DNA from: Candidatus Woesearchaeota archaeon
Lineage (GTDB): Archaea > Nanobdellota > Nanobdellia > Woesearchaeales > DSVV01
Length of the DNA: 35,585 bases
Assembly (NCBI GenBank): GCA_016205905.1
Contig: JACQSP010000090.1
Span: 1-35,585 of the forward strand
Reading direction: 5' to 3'
A program made the translations under genes and the position numbers. Under the pieces are notes generated by a model, which saw nothing but the letters and a program-made list of their open reading frames with translations, made no database searches and was not told the DNA's origin. Below are positions 9,501 through 18,897 of the stretch, piece after piece (the stretch's first letter is position 1; each line of letters begins with the position of its first letter).

Positions 9501-9632
9501 GTATTTGTTTAGCATCTTCAAAATTCCGTATGAAGTTTCGCAGAGGTGACATCCCTGTATGGGGCAAGTCCCCCTGTCACCTTTGCAATTAGGCTCAAAA
9601 TAAATTTTGGCCTTATGATGCTAAACAAATAC
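9501..9632. mobile_element. MITE (132 bp), family A termini
   Basis: Perfect 16-bp TIR GTATTTGTTTAGCATC / GATGCTAAACAAATAC; perfect 8-bp duplication GAAAGAAT (9493-9500, 9633-9640). Confidence 0.95.
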
Positions 9633-9669
9633 GAAAGAATATAATTTATTATAATTATGGTGATAAAAC

Positions 9670-10380
9670 ATGTATGATACTCATGAAACAGAAACATCAA
9701 AGAAGTATATGTATGAATTACTAAAACATTCATCTTCAATTAACATAGCTTTGATTGGTGGTTGGGCAGCATACATTTATGTCAATTCTAATTATAGAAA
9801 AGCATTTGGTGTGGATTATTTGATGTCAAGAGATATAGATGTCTTTATTGATGTTAAGCATGAAAAGAGGTTTGCTGACCTCATAAAAAACTTAGGATTT
9901 CAAAAAAGCGCATATCCTTTTAGGTATGAAATCATTTATGATAAAGCATCAAACAAGATAATTACGCAAGAGCAAGCTAAGAAGCACCACATCTTTAATT
10001 TGTTCTACATCTTTTTAGATTTATTCAGCAATAAACCCACAAAACTGCTTGGAACTTGGTGTATAGATTCTTTAAATAGCTCTAAACGAATATTTATAGA
10101 TAATATTCCTGTTTTAGATATAAATTCTCTTATTTTATTAAAGGCAACATCTTTTTTTGAAAGAGAGAAGTTAGACAAAGAATTAAAAGATGCGTGTGAT
10201 TTATACGCGCTTGTATTTTATTCAGAACAAAACCCACAATTAACTGAATTGCTTAAACATGCTTTAGACAAGATATTAAACAGACAAGACTTGTGCGAGT
10301 TTATCTCAGAGCAAGTGTTAAGGGATTCATTAAAGGCAGGCATTGTAAAACGAACGATTAGTAATTACTTGAGTAAATAA
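9670..10380 (+). CDS. AbiEii-like nucleotidyltransferase (putative toxin)
   Basis: LIGGWAA...SRDID pol-beta NTase motif; LK...R..KDACD; SD GGTGA 9659-9663; follows AbiEi-like gene. Confidence 0.8.
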   Translation: MYDTHETETSKKYMYELLKHSSSINIALIGGWAAYIYVNSNYRKAFGVDYLMSRDIDVFIDVKHEKRFADLIKNLGFQKSAYPFRYEIIYDKASNKIITQEQAKKHHIFNLFYIFLDLFSNKPTKLLGTWCIDSLNSSKRIFIDNIPVLDINSLILLKATSFFEREKLDKELKDACDLYALVFYSEQNPQLTELLKHALDKILNRQDLCEFISEQVLRDSLKAGIVKRTISNYLSK

Positions 10381-10383
10381 TTT

Positions 10384-10513
10384 CAGAACGTCAACCTCTG
10401 CCAAAAATACAAAGTTAGAATAGTTATTGGAAGTTTTGCAAGAGCACCATATGAGATGGGGAATTATAATGATATTATTGGGTTGTTTAGGACGATTGGG
10501 TTGAGATGATAAT
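10384..10513 (+). pseudogene. Duplicated rpp30 3' end (direct repeat copy 2), frame intact, no start codon
   Basis: Encodes QNVNLCQKYKVRIVIGSFARAPYEMGNYNDIIGLFRTIGLR*. Confidence 0.9.
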
Positions 10514-10543
10514 GTTTAATAATATTTCTTAATACTTTTGAAA

Positions 10544-11200
10544 TTAATCAATCTCTCCCTCATTCAATTCGCTACTTGTGCAACTAGCGCCAAAATCATT
10601 TTTTATTTTAGCAGTATCACCTTCATCTGATAATGTTCCTGCGTACACACCATTACAGGTTGTAGTTACCTGTGGACTCCACCAATTAAAACTACCATCT
10701 TTTGCCCCACAATATAAAACAACACCATCTTTACTTTCTTTATCGCTATCATAACATAAACCATATATCTTTAGTTTTGGAACTGTTTGTGTGTCAATAT
10801 TATGAGTGAAAGAAAGCGTTATTTTATTTTGGTCTTTTTTCAATATTACTTTATTTATTGGCTTGAAATAGCTAACCTTATCCTCAACTAAAATATCAGG
10901 AGTTGCGCTTGGCGCACTAAAAATATTACTATCACTGTAATAATAATTAGATTCTATCTTTTCCTCTTCCCCATACTTTAATTTACATTTTGTACTGTCA
11001 GTTATCTCTGTCACAGTCGCTGTTACTTTTTTTTCGAATCCACTAAAAAAACCTTTTTCTGTTGAATAATATCCATCTAAACCACTCACTTTCCATGAGC
11101 AGCTCGTAGTCATTGCATCGTCTTCACTATCTGCGCTGCTAATTACAGTCAGTACTAATAAAAAGATTAAAATAAATAATACGAGTATTACCTTTCTCAT
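10544..11200 (-). CDS. Secreted Cys-containing hypothetical protein
   Basis: Signal peptide MRKVILVLFILIFLLVLTVISSA; abuts the upstream gene. Confidence 0.8.
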   Translation of the reverse strand: MRKVILVLFILIFLLVLTVISSADSEDDAMTTSCSWKVSGLDGYYSTEKGFFSGFEKKVTATVTEITDSTKCKLKYGEEEKIESNYYYSDSNIFSAPSATPDILVEDKVSYFKPINKVILKKDQNKITLSFTHNIDTQTVPKLKIYGLCYDSDKESKDGVVLYCGAKDGSFNWWSPQVTTTCNGVYAGTLSDEGDTAKIKNDFGASCTSSELNEGEID

Positions 11201-11590
11201 CTAAACCTCTTCCTCTCCAGTTTCTTTAACTTCTTCAACTGCTTTTTCATCTGTTTCAACTGGTTTTATCAATCCATGCTCATACGCGCAGTTATACACC
11301 TTTACCCATGTCGGCATATTTTTGCATTTCTCTTTTATCATCTCGTCATAATAACCATACTTAAAAAGTAATCCGCCAACAATTAATATTACTATTAATG
11401 TAATAGCTACTCCTACCCATACTTTAGGAGAAGGATGTTTATGCTGAGGATATTCTTCTGCATCAACATCTTTTAATGCGTTATTTACTTCATCCTCTGG
11501 CCATTTTGCTTTAAGAAGCGTTTCTTTTATCTCTTTCTTGGAAAAGCCTTTACTTAGCTCTTTTTTGATATATTCTTCTATATTTGTCAT
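11201..11590 (-). CDS. Single-pass membrane protein with N-terminal small helical domain
   Basis: YIKKELSKGFSKKEIKETLLKAKWPEDEV pattern; TM VWVGVAITLIVILIVGGLLF. Confidence 0.8.
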   Translation of the reverse strand: MTNIEEYIKKELSKGFSKKEIKETLLKAKWPEDEVNNALKDVDAEEYPQHKHPSPKVWVGVAITLIVILIVGGLLFKYGYYDEMIKEKCKNMPTWVKVYNCAYEHGLIKPVETDEKAVEEVKETGEEEV

Positions 11591-11688
11591 TAATTATATT
11601 TTTGCAAGAATGAGTTTTAATATTTTACTGTTTATAACATCAATATTTCAATATAATTTATCAATAAATGCTTTAAGAAGTCTTTTGT

Positions 11689-12024
11689 CTATTTGCACAC
11701 ATAATTTACTTTCTGGTCAGTTCCTTCAATGTTCTGATAATGAAATATACCTTTTATTTTCTGCTCTTGAATAATATCCTTTATTTTCACAGTCGAAGAA
11801 TTAATTATTTTGAGGTTTGCCTTATTTATTGTATCTAGTGTAACAATACAGTTTGTAAACGTCCCATTATTTGCAATCGTGAACCAAATCTCATCATTAG
11901 AATATTCTGATTTAAAGAATTCAATGTTTTTCGGAAGATAAACTGCTTTGCCAGTTATTAAGTTACTACAGCCTGTCAAAAATATTAATATCAACACTAT
12001 GATGGAAAATTTAATAATCTTCAT
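11689..12024 (-). CDS. Putative lipoprotein
   Basis: Signal peptide with lipobox-like FLTGC, followed by ITGKAV. Confidence 0.7.
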   Translation of the reverse strand: MKIIKFSIIVLILIFLTGCSNLITGKAVYLPKNIEFFKSEYSNDEIWFTIANNGTFTNCIVTLDTINKANLKIINSSTVKIKDIIQEQKIKGIFHYQNIEGTDQKVNYVCK

Positions 12025-12196
12025 ACTTCAAGTTAATCATTTTAACTATATATAGTTTGTGTTAAAATTTGCGAAAAATCGTGGGTAAATCAGAAACTTT
12101 TATATATGTATTAAATGGGAATAGTTATTAATAGATATAATACTAAATGTATTACTTTTATATCACTTAATAAAAATCAACAAAAAGAGGAAAATT

Positions 12197-15100
12197 ATGA
12201 TAAAAAAGAGAAGATTAATTTTTTTATTTTTGGCAGTACTATTATTAATAATATTAATAATCGTTAGCTCATCAGTTTTAGGGCTTCTTATTCCTCAATC
12301 AGGCAAACAAGTAGGTGATTTAAGCGTAATTGAATCTTACAAAGGCACATCACGATTGTTTTTAGAACTGTTTGTGGGTTGTTTGAGAGAGCAAGATGGA
12401 AATTATATTGGTGCGATACCACACTATAATTCAAGTTTGTTGTTAGACCAAAAAATAAATTTTCCAGATGAGAAGATATATCCAACACCTAAATTTAATA
12501 CGCCGTGGGGAACAGATGATGATAATGATGGTTTCTTAGAAGAAATAATTGGTAATGGTATTGAAGAGATTCCTAAATTAGAAGTTCCATGGCAGCAAGC
12601 ACCTAAATCATATTTGTATGAAGGCAATTGTTACTTGTTTGCTAATTATTGGCATCAATTCTGGAACAAAGGAGAAGAAGTGACACAAAACGATGAAGCA
12701 TTTAGTGTGTTAAAAGAAGATGAATTATATAATGATGATGGAGACAAAACAAAAATAAATGCTGTCGCTCAAATTGACGAATCCAAAGGTTTAGAAGCTC
12801 CGTTTAAAGGAGCGTATTATGTTAGTAGTGATGATTATTCTTATAACGTTTATTGGGAAGGCACTCAAGACAGTGAAAAAACTTGCGAAAATTATGGTGG
12901 ATACTATAAAGATGTAGGCGGCAATAAAGTCAAGAATTGTTGCGGCGACGATTATCTTTGGATAATGAACAGCGTCTATAATTTTGATGGTGATAAAGAA
13001 GGTAAGTCTGTAGATGAGCTTTGCTTGTATGGTTATGTTGACCCAGACACAGGCGAGCCATTAGTAGAATCTTCAGAATCACAAATATACCATACATCTG
13101 CAAAAGTAGGAAATCATCCTTACAGAAACCAAATCTATTGCACTCCTTTGGCAGCAGTTGGTGAAGTATCAGATATACATTACTCTTATGATATTAACAA
13201 TTATGATCCACAAAGCACAACAGAACAGAGAAGATTATTTGTTTATAATAAAGATTCACCAACAACAACAGCAACAGATGTGGGATTGTGGAAAACAGAT
13301 ACTTCTGCTAATTATTGTACACATTATTTTTCAGATAAAACAAATGGTGAAGTAAAAAAAGGAGATAACTTTGAATGGTTAACACCAGAAAAAGCAGGTG
13401 AGATAAATTATTTTGGCGTTGGTAATGGTGGTGCAACAGCTTTTGATAAAGACAACAAACCATCTATTATAAATAAAAAATTCATATTAAATCCTAAAGC
13501 CCCAGACTACATTTACGACGTCATGACCAAACAATTATCTGGTGATAATTACACAGATTCAGATGATTTCACTATTTGTAATTTGTTCTTAGGTGGCACA
13601 TGGACAGGTCATCATTGTTGTGGAAATAAGTATAAAGATGGAACAAAACTTCTTGAAAATTTTAATGATGAAGGAACAGCAAGCAGTATTGATACTGAAA
13701 AAGGAGAGCATTATGTTTTAACCAAGAATAGATTAAAAGCATACAGCCTAAGCGCAGAAATAGAAAGCGGTGAAGTATGGAAAGAGCCAAATAAAGCATG
13801 CTACCAAGGAGAAGCGATGGAAAGTGGCGAGATAAGGAATACCCCTAATAAGTTATCTATTATTAACAAAAAGGGTGAACTTAACTTGTGTTATAATATT
13901 GACGGTCAAATTGACGGTTTACAAGCCATAACTGGTAAAAGTTATGACTTTGAACAATTCAAAGAGAGTGATAATAATTATTTGTTTAATAATGATCCTC
14001 TTACAAAAGATAATGTGATTAGCTCTTGCGGCTCTTTCTATCTCAAAGCCGGCGATGATTTAGTTAGCACAAACAACCGTTTCGCCTACTGCTTCACAAA
14101 CAATACTTGGCTAAGTTTTGATATTATGCCAGAGGATTATGCAGAAGGTACAAACCCTGAGTTTGATATATTGGGAAGATATCCTGCAGAAGGCGATGTA
14201 TTGCACGAATCAGGCATTAATGATGATTTTAAACTTATTAAAAATATGAAAGTTAAATCTGACAAAGGCTGCTGTTTCCAAGGAGATTGTTGGAACGGAA
14301 ATAGTTGTACAGCTAACGGCGCTACAGTTATTGACAAATATGTTGATCCAAAAAAAGTTTATCTCTGCGCAAACGGAGAATGGACATCTGGCGAAGCATC
14401 ATTTAACTGGTACGACGAGAAATTTGCAGGCGAAACTGATCCTTCTCAAACAGGATTAGCATATTGTGTGGATAAATGGTCATGTGCCTGTCCTGAAAAA
14501 GATGCTTATAACTTAGGCGATGAAGATCAGCATGAGATAGACATTTGCGAAACTTATACACAACCTAATTCTCAGTGTACACGAGAGCCTGCGATGTTTA
14601 TCGGCGACAGATTCTGCGAGCCAGAATTTGTGAAAAAAGATGGCGATGGTTATGACTTTAAAGATGCTTCAACAATAACCTCATCACAATGGACATCCCG
14701 AACAACCTATCTCGCAACAGCATTGTTAACCCTCGCGCAACAAAAGAGTTCAAATGAATTTACTTTACAATGCGACACCCCAAAAAGTGTTCTTAACTTT
14801 TACAACCTTGACTTTGCAAAGGATTTGTTTGTGACAGAGCAGGATTATAATAATTTCTGTGCCCTAAAACTTAAAAATAGTGATGGTGATGAGGAGATTT
14901 ATTTAGGCACAACATTAAACCCGCAATTAAAATATGATGAAATACCCGAAGAATTATACCAAACCAAAGAAATCTCTGAGTTTGAGCAATGTACAGACGA
15001 CACTAATTGTATTCAATGCACAGAAGATGACACTAATTGCATTGGTTATGGCTGCTACAAAAAACCAGCTGCCAATGTTGGACAATGTGTTAAACAATGT

Positions 15101-15943
15101 TATGATGATAGTGATTGTGATGAAGGTGAAGAATGTTTTACAGCTGAAGAAGTGCCAGAAGGAGAGATTAAAATAGGTCTTTGCGCTCCAACCTCTGCAA
15201 AAGATGTAGACATGTTTAATATTGAAAATTTAGGAGAATTGTTTTACGGAACATCTGATACAACAGGATTATTAAACAATGAATTCTTGTTTAAATTAAC
15301 CAGCAAGAAATTTGCTGAAGATGAATGTAAAACTATTCTTGAAGGAACTAACCCGCAAAACGGAAATGGTGATGATTTCTTACTCTTTAAAACCTGTGAT
15401 AATGATAATATTGCTTTTAATAATTTTACAAAAGCAATGATATTTAGTAACAATTCGCAAGATGAGAACTTTTTGACTTTAACATACGACGAAGTGACTA
15501 ATAATAATTTAATTAATAATGTTAAGGATATAAAAGATTATTATAAATATGAGGATAACAAAGACAAAATCGCAGAGAAAAAGGAGATGGATATTATTAA
15601 CTCTATATCTGATTTAGATAAAATTTACTATGCACGAAAAGAAGATGGTGATAAAACAATTTTTGGTGTTCTTGAAAGAAAATCTGACCCTGATGCATCA
15701 GGCGATCCCTCTTCAAAGTTAAGATATTTCGCTGTTATTATGTACAAAAACATATTTACAGACAACAAGGTATGCACCGAGCTTGAAAAGACCTCGCCTC
15801 TGCTTTATTGCGGATACAAAGATTATGGCAATGGTGCAACAACGGTTGTAATTATCATTCCATCAACACCAGACTACGACGGCACAGAAGATGCAGTCAT
15901 GAATTATTGGCCAGACTTGACTGCGAAGATTAGATTGAAATAA
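12197..15943 (+). CDS. Large secreted acidic Cys-rich protein (1248 aa)
   Basis: N-terminal signal/TM; recurring CCG and C-x-x-G-x-W motifs; CxDDxxC repeats; SD AGAGG. Confidence 0.9.
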   Translation: MIKKRRLIFLFLAVLLLIILIIVSSSVLGLLIPQSGKQVGDLSVIESYKGTSRLFLELFVGCLREQDGNYIGAIPHYNSSLLLDQKINFPDEKIYPTPKFNTPWGTDDDNDGFLEEIIGNGIEEIPKLEVPWQQAPKSYLYEGNCYLFANYWHQFWNKGEEVTQNDEAFSVLKEDELYNDDGDKTKINAVAQIDESKGLEAPFKGAYYVSSDDYSYNVYWEGTQDSEKTCENYGGYYKDVGGNKVKNCCGDDYLWIMNSVYNFDGDKEGKSVDELCLYGYVDPDTGEPLVESSESQIYHTSAKVGNHPYRNQIYCTPLAAVGEVSDIHYSYDINNYDPQSTTEQRRLFVYNKDSPTTTATDVGLWKTDTSANYCTHYFSDKTNGEVKKGDNFEWLTPEKAGEINYFGVGNGGATAFDKDNKPSIINKKFILNPKAPDYIYDVMTKQLSGDNYTDSDDFTICNLFLGGTWTGHHCCGNKYKDGTKLLENFNDEGTASSIDTEKGEHYVLTKNRLKAYSLSAEIESGEVWKEPNKACYQGEAMESGEIRNTPNKLSIINKKGELNLCYNIDGQIDGLQAITGKSYDFEQFKESDNNYLFNNDPLTKDNVISSCGSFYLKAGDDLVSTNNRFAYCFTNNTWLSFDIMPEDYAEGTNPEFDILGRYPAEGDVLHESGINDDFKLIKNMKVKSDKGCCFQGDCWNGNSCTANGATVIDKYVDPKKVYLCANGEWTSGEASFNWYDEKFAGETDPSQTGLAYCVDKWSCACPEKDAYNLGDEDQHEIDICETYTQPNSQCTREPAMFIGDRFCEPEFVKKDGDGYDFKDASTITSSQWTSRTTYLATALLTLAQQKSSNEFTLQCDTPKSVLNFYNLDFAKDLFVTEQDYNNFCALKLKNSDGDEEIYLGTTLNPQLKYDEIPEELYQTKEISEFEQCTDDTNCIQCTEDDTNCIGYGCYKKPAANVGQCVKQCYDDSDCDEGEECFTAEEVPEGEIKIGLCAPTSAKDVDMFNIENLGELFYGTSDTTGLLNNEFLFKLTSKKFAEDECKTILEGTNPQNGNGDDFLLFKTCDNDNIAFNNFTKAMIFSNNSQDENFLTLTYDEVTNNNLINNVKDIKDYYKYEDNKDKIAEKKEMDIINSISDLDKIYYARKEDGDKTIFGVLERKSDPDASGDPSSKLRYFAVIMYKNIFTDNKVCTELEKTSPLLYCGYKDYGNGATTVVIIIPSTPDYDGTEDAVMNYWPDLTAKIRLK

Positions 15944-15974
15944 TACACACAATAATATTAATAGAATGAATATG

Positions 15975-16154
15975 ATATTTTTTTAGTTCCTGGGCGAAGC
16001 CACCCGTCTCATGAATAATAATAACTGTTTGTCGTAAGTCGTTTGTCGTTGGTCGTAAACAAAAAACGAAAAAAACAGCTGACGACTTACGACCTACGAC
16101 TAACGACTTACTCGCTCTTTGCTTCGCCTTTGAACTAAAAGAACTAAAAAATAC
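15975..16154. mobile_element. Family A-like element with GTCGT heptamer palindrome cargo
   Basis: ATATTTTTTTAGTTCCTGGGCGAAGCCACCCGTCTCATGAA; (GTCGTNN)4 ... (ACGACNN)4; GCTTCGCC...CTAAAAAATAC; no target duplication seen. Confidence 0.8.
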
Positions 16155-16184
16155 AATTAAACCATAAAAAATCAAAAATGCACC

Positions 16185-18482
16185 ATGAACAAAACATCCC
16201 AACTCGCAATCTTTATGATTCTTGGAATTGTGTCTGTTATTCTCATAGGTTTGGCATTATTCGGCATTTCTAGCTCGACAGAAAAAGGTTTTGTAACAAA
16301 ACAGTCCCAATTAGGAGAGCTGTTTATCGGCAAAGGTAAATATACTACTTACATTAAAAGCTGTCTTGACCAGGCAACAAAACAAGGTTTAGTATTAGCA
16401 GGTAAACAAGGCGGCGCAATTTATGATAATCAGACCATTGGCGGTAAACAGTCGCAGACAAGCAAATATTATGAATTAGATGGTATAAGAATACATTATT
16501 CATTGCTTTCTCCAACAATAATTAAATTGCCAGAATATCCTTATATTCCAAGTACAATAACATTAACATCTTCCCCTTTTCTAGCTCAAGAACCTTCTAT
16601 TTATGGTGTACCAACACCATTTATTAGTGTCATTAATAATCCGTTCATACCTTTATGCGACAGGTTTGGCCCAAACAATGACCCTAAATCTAATGTGCCT
16701 TACTGCGGCAATGCACCGTACATTTTTGACACTGAAAACATTAACGATCATAACTCTGTCCAAGAATATTTAGGTAAATACATCACGCAAAAAACAAACG
16801 AATGCATAAAACTCGAAACACTGCCAGAGCTTCAAGGATATAACATTATTAAACAAAATTTCAATGTAGACATTATTTTGACAGAATCATCTGTTGTTGC
16901 TAATCTTAACATGACGTTGGCATTATCAACACCGCAGTCAACATTAAAAGAAACCCTGCCGGTGATAGATATCAGCGGTATTTCAGTAGAGAAACATATC
17001 AGGCTAAAACACATATTTGAATTATTGGCAAGAATGAGGCAGGAAGATTCAAAGAATATATTTTTCGAGATAACTAATGCGCAGACATTAAAAACTTGCG
17101 GTCCAAACGAAAATTTGCAGTGCTTAAAGCCAGGAATGATTGTCTCAACCCAGAAATTACCAAATAATGATTATGTTGTCAAGATTACTGACACAGAATC
17201 ATTGATTGACGGAAAGGAGTTTAGTTATCAGGTAATCTTTCAGAATAGAAACCCAACTTTAGATTATTTAACTGCACCAAACTTAAATCCAGAATTTTCT
17301 GATTACAATGCTGTTCTTGTCGAGGGAATGACTCTTGTAATAGATCCTTATGGATATGATCCTGACGAGGATAATCATGAGCAGGGGTTTATGAAAGATT
17401 ATTATTATTACGAGGCAGTTGATGGTTATACTAAATTTGATGCAGACAAGGATAATGACGGAGTGATTGATTGTATTCCGACGACAAACAGCGGTTTAGA
17501 CGGAATAAAAGATTCATTAAAAAGCTGCCTTGTGCAAGACAAGCTGCCGTCAGCATTCAAGGGAAGAAAAGTAACTTATAAACTAACACAACATGATGCC
17601 GGCGAACATATTATCCGAGTAAAAGTCTGCGATAATACAAACAATCCCAAATGTGACTGGCAGGACGTAAAGATTTTTGTTATTCCATTGTTGGCTTTCG
17701 GTACAGATCAGAACGGAAATCCTTTTCCTTTTGATTCAACCAAAGATTACCAAATCTCGGGTTATCCAATTTATTCAACTAATCCAAGTGATACTGTAAC
17801 TTTAGGTGTAAAACAAACAATTACTTCAGAATCATTATTAACACCACAACCACAAGAACCAACTTTGCCTGACACAGAAAACACAGAATCACAACAAGGA
17901 TCAGAAACACAATCAGGAGATGATACTCAAGATTCATCACAATCTTCTCAACCTTCTTCACAACAAGGATATTCTTCGCCAACACAACCTTCAACACATT
18001 CATCCTCGCAACAAACCACACCAATAGTCACGCCAACTATACCTTACGATAACACCGACGTTGATATTCTTATTTCTAGAGCATTAAGCGGCACAAAACT
18101 GCCTTACGAAATGTATTACTTTGAAAACAAATATCTTATAGTGAAAAACACTATTAATAACCAAGGTCCAGAAGTTGTGCCAGAAACAGACGCATTTAGA
18201 CAGTTCGCTGAAAAAGGCGATAATGGAAAACCTAACTTATACATACAAAAAAAGATTTATGGTACCAACCAGCAAAGCGCACTTAACCAAAAGTTAGCTA
18301 CAGGAAAAAACCTGTTTTTTATTTACATCCCTGAGCCATGCACACAAGGAGCGTTCTTCCAAGGATACTGTCATTTTGGTGACAAATGTTATTATAATAT
18401 GAACATAGTTAATCATAATTTTCAAACAGCGTGGGACAATTGTCCTTCTGCAAAACTCTGTACAGAAACAGGGTGTAAATAA
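16185..18482 (+). CDS. Class III signal peptide (pilin-like N-terminus) surface protein with Ig-like domain and S/Q/T-rich linker
   Basis: MNKTSQ-LAIFMILGIV; DPD/GEHIIRVKVCD Ig/cadherin-like strands; DADKDNDG Ca-binding-like motif; low-complexity linker. Confidence 0.85.
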   Translation: MNKTSQLAIFMILGIVSVILIGLALFGISSSTEKGFVTKQSQLGELFIGKGKYTTYIKSCLDQATKQGLVLAGKQGGAIYDNQTIGGKQSQTSKYYELDGIRIHYSLLSPTIIKLPEYPYIPSTITLTSSPFLAQEPSIYGVPTPFISVINNPFIPLCDRFGPNNDPKSNVPYCGNAPYIFDTENINDHNSVQEYLGKYITQKTNECIKLETLPELQGYNIIKQNFNVDIILTESSVVANLNMTLALSTPQSTLKETLPVIDISGISVEKHIRLKHIFELLARMRQEDSKNIFFEITNAQTLKTCGPNENLQCLKPGMIVSTQKLPNNDYVVKITDTESLIDGKEFSYQVIFQNRNPTLDYLTAPNLNPEFSDYNAVLVEGMTLVIDPYGYDPDEDNHEQGFMKDYYYYEAVDGYTKFDADKDNDGVIDCIPTTNSGLDGIKDSLKSCLVQDKLPSAFKGRKVTYKLTQHDAGEHIIRVKVCDNTNNPKCDWQDVKIFVIPLLAFGTDQNGNPFPFDSTKDYQISGYPIYSTNPSDTVTLGVKQTITSESLLTPQPQEPTLPDTENTESQQGSETQSGDDTQDSSQSSQPSSQQGYSSPTQPSTHSSSQQTTPIVTPTIPYDNTDVDILISRALSGTKLPYEMYYFENKYLIVKNTINNQGPEVVPETDAFRQFAEKGDNGKPNLYIQKKIYGTNQQSALNQKLATGKNLFFIYIPEPCTQGAFFQGYCHFGDKCYYNMNIVNHNFQTAWDNCPSAKLCTETGCK

Positions 18483-18642
18483 AGTGTTAATATTAATGTG
18501 ATAGTGCAGGTAATTTCAATTGTACACATTTTGTGTACAACTCAACACCCTGTTCAGTTTCTCTTGCTTTTAACATATTTCAATAGTTTCTAGGATTAGT
18601 ACTATCAGTTAATGTTCTGTTTTTTAATCTTATTTTCCGTTT

Positions 18643-18813
18643 TCAACTCGTTCTAGGGACGAAGTCCACGTCCACAAATAAAGGTAAGAAGTAAGAGGTT
18701 TGAGGTAAGAGGTACGATGATAACCTCGTAGTTGTTCCCTCTTACCTCCTACTTCTTACCTTTTACCTTTTTTTCATAAGACGTGTGGCTTCGCCTAGGA
18801 ACTAAAAAAATAA
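18643..18813. mobile_element. Family A-like element with nested family B palindrome
   Basis: GGACGAAGTCC 18657-18667; family B 18680-18770; TTCATAAGACGTGTGGCTTCGCCTAGGAACTAAAAAAAT is a near reverse complement of 15977-16014. Confidence 0.8.
18680..18770 (-). repeat. Family B palindromic repeat, copy 3 (inverted core)
   Basis: Core GGTACGATGATAACCTCGTAGTTGTTCC is the reverse complement of the consensus. Confidence 0.9.
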
Positions 18814-18897
18814 AAAAAGCAATTACTTATTCCCTCGTAACCAGATAAAAACAACATATTTAAATAGTATTAATTAATAGATTAATAGTTATATACT

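Larger units (their letters stand above)
8408..10513. mobile_element. Small genomic islet integrated at the rpp30 3' end carrying an AbiE-like module
   Basis: Flanking 130-bp direct repeats; cargo is a TA-like gene pair; no integrase present. Confidence 0.7.

Noticed and set aside
8408..10513. DGR template/variable repeat pair
   Set aside because: Mismatches are not adenine-specific (many C/T) and are mostly synonymous; no reverse transcriptase in the window
15975..18813. Composite transposon enclosing the 765-aa gene
   Set aside because: Outer ends are near-perfect inverted copies, but flanks (TGAATATG vs AAAAAGCA) show no target duplication and each spacer has its own pair of ends
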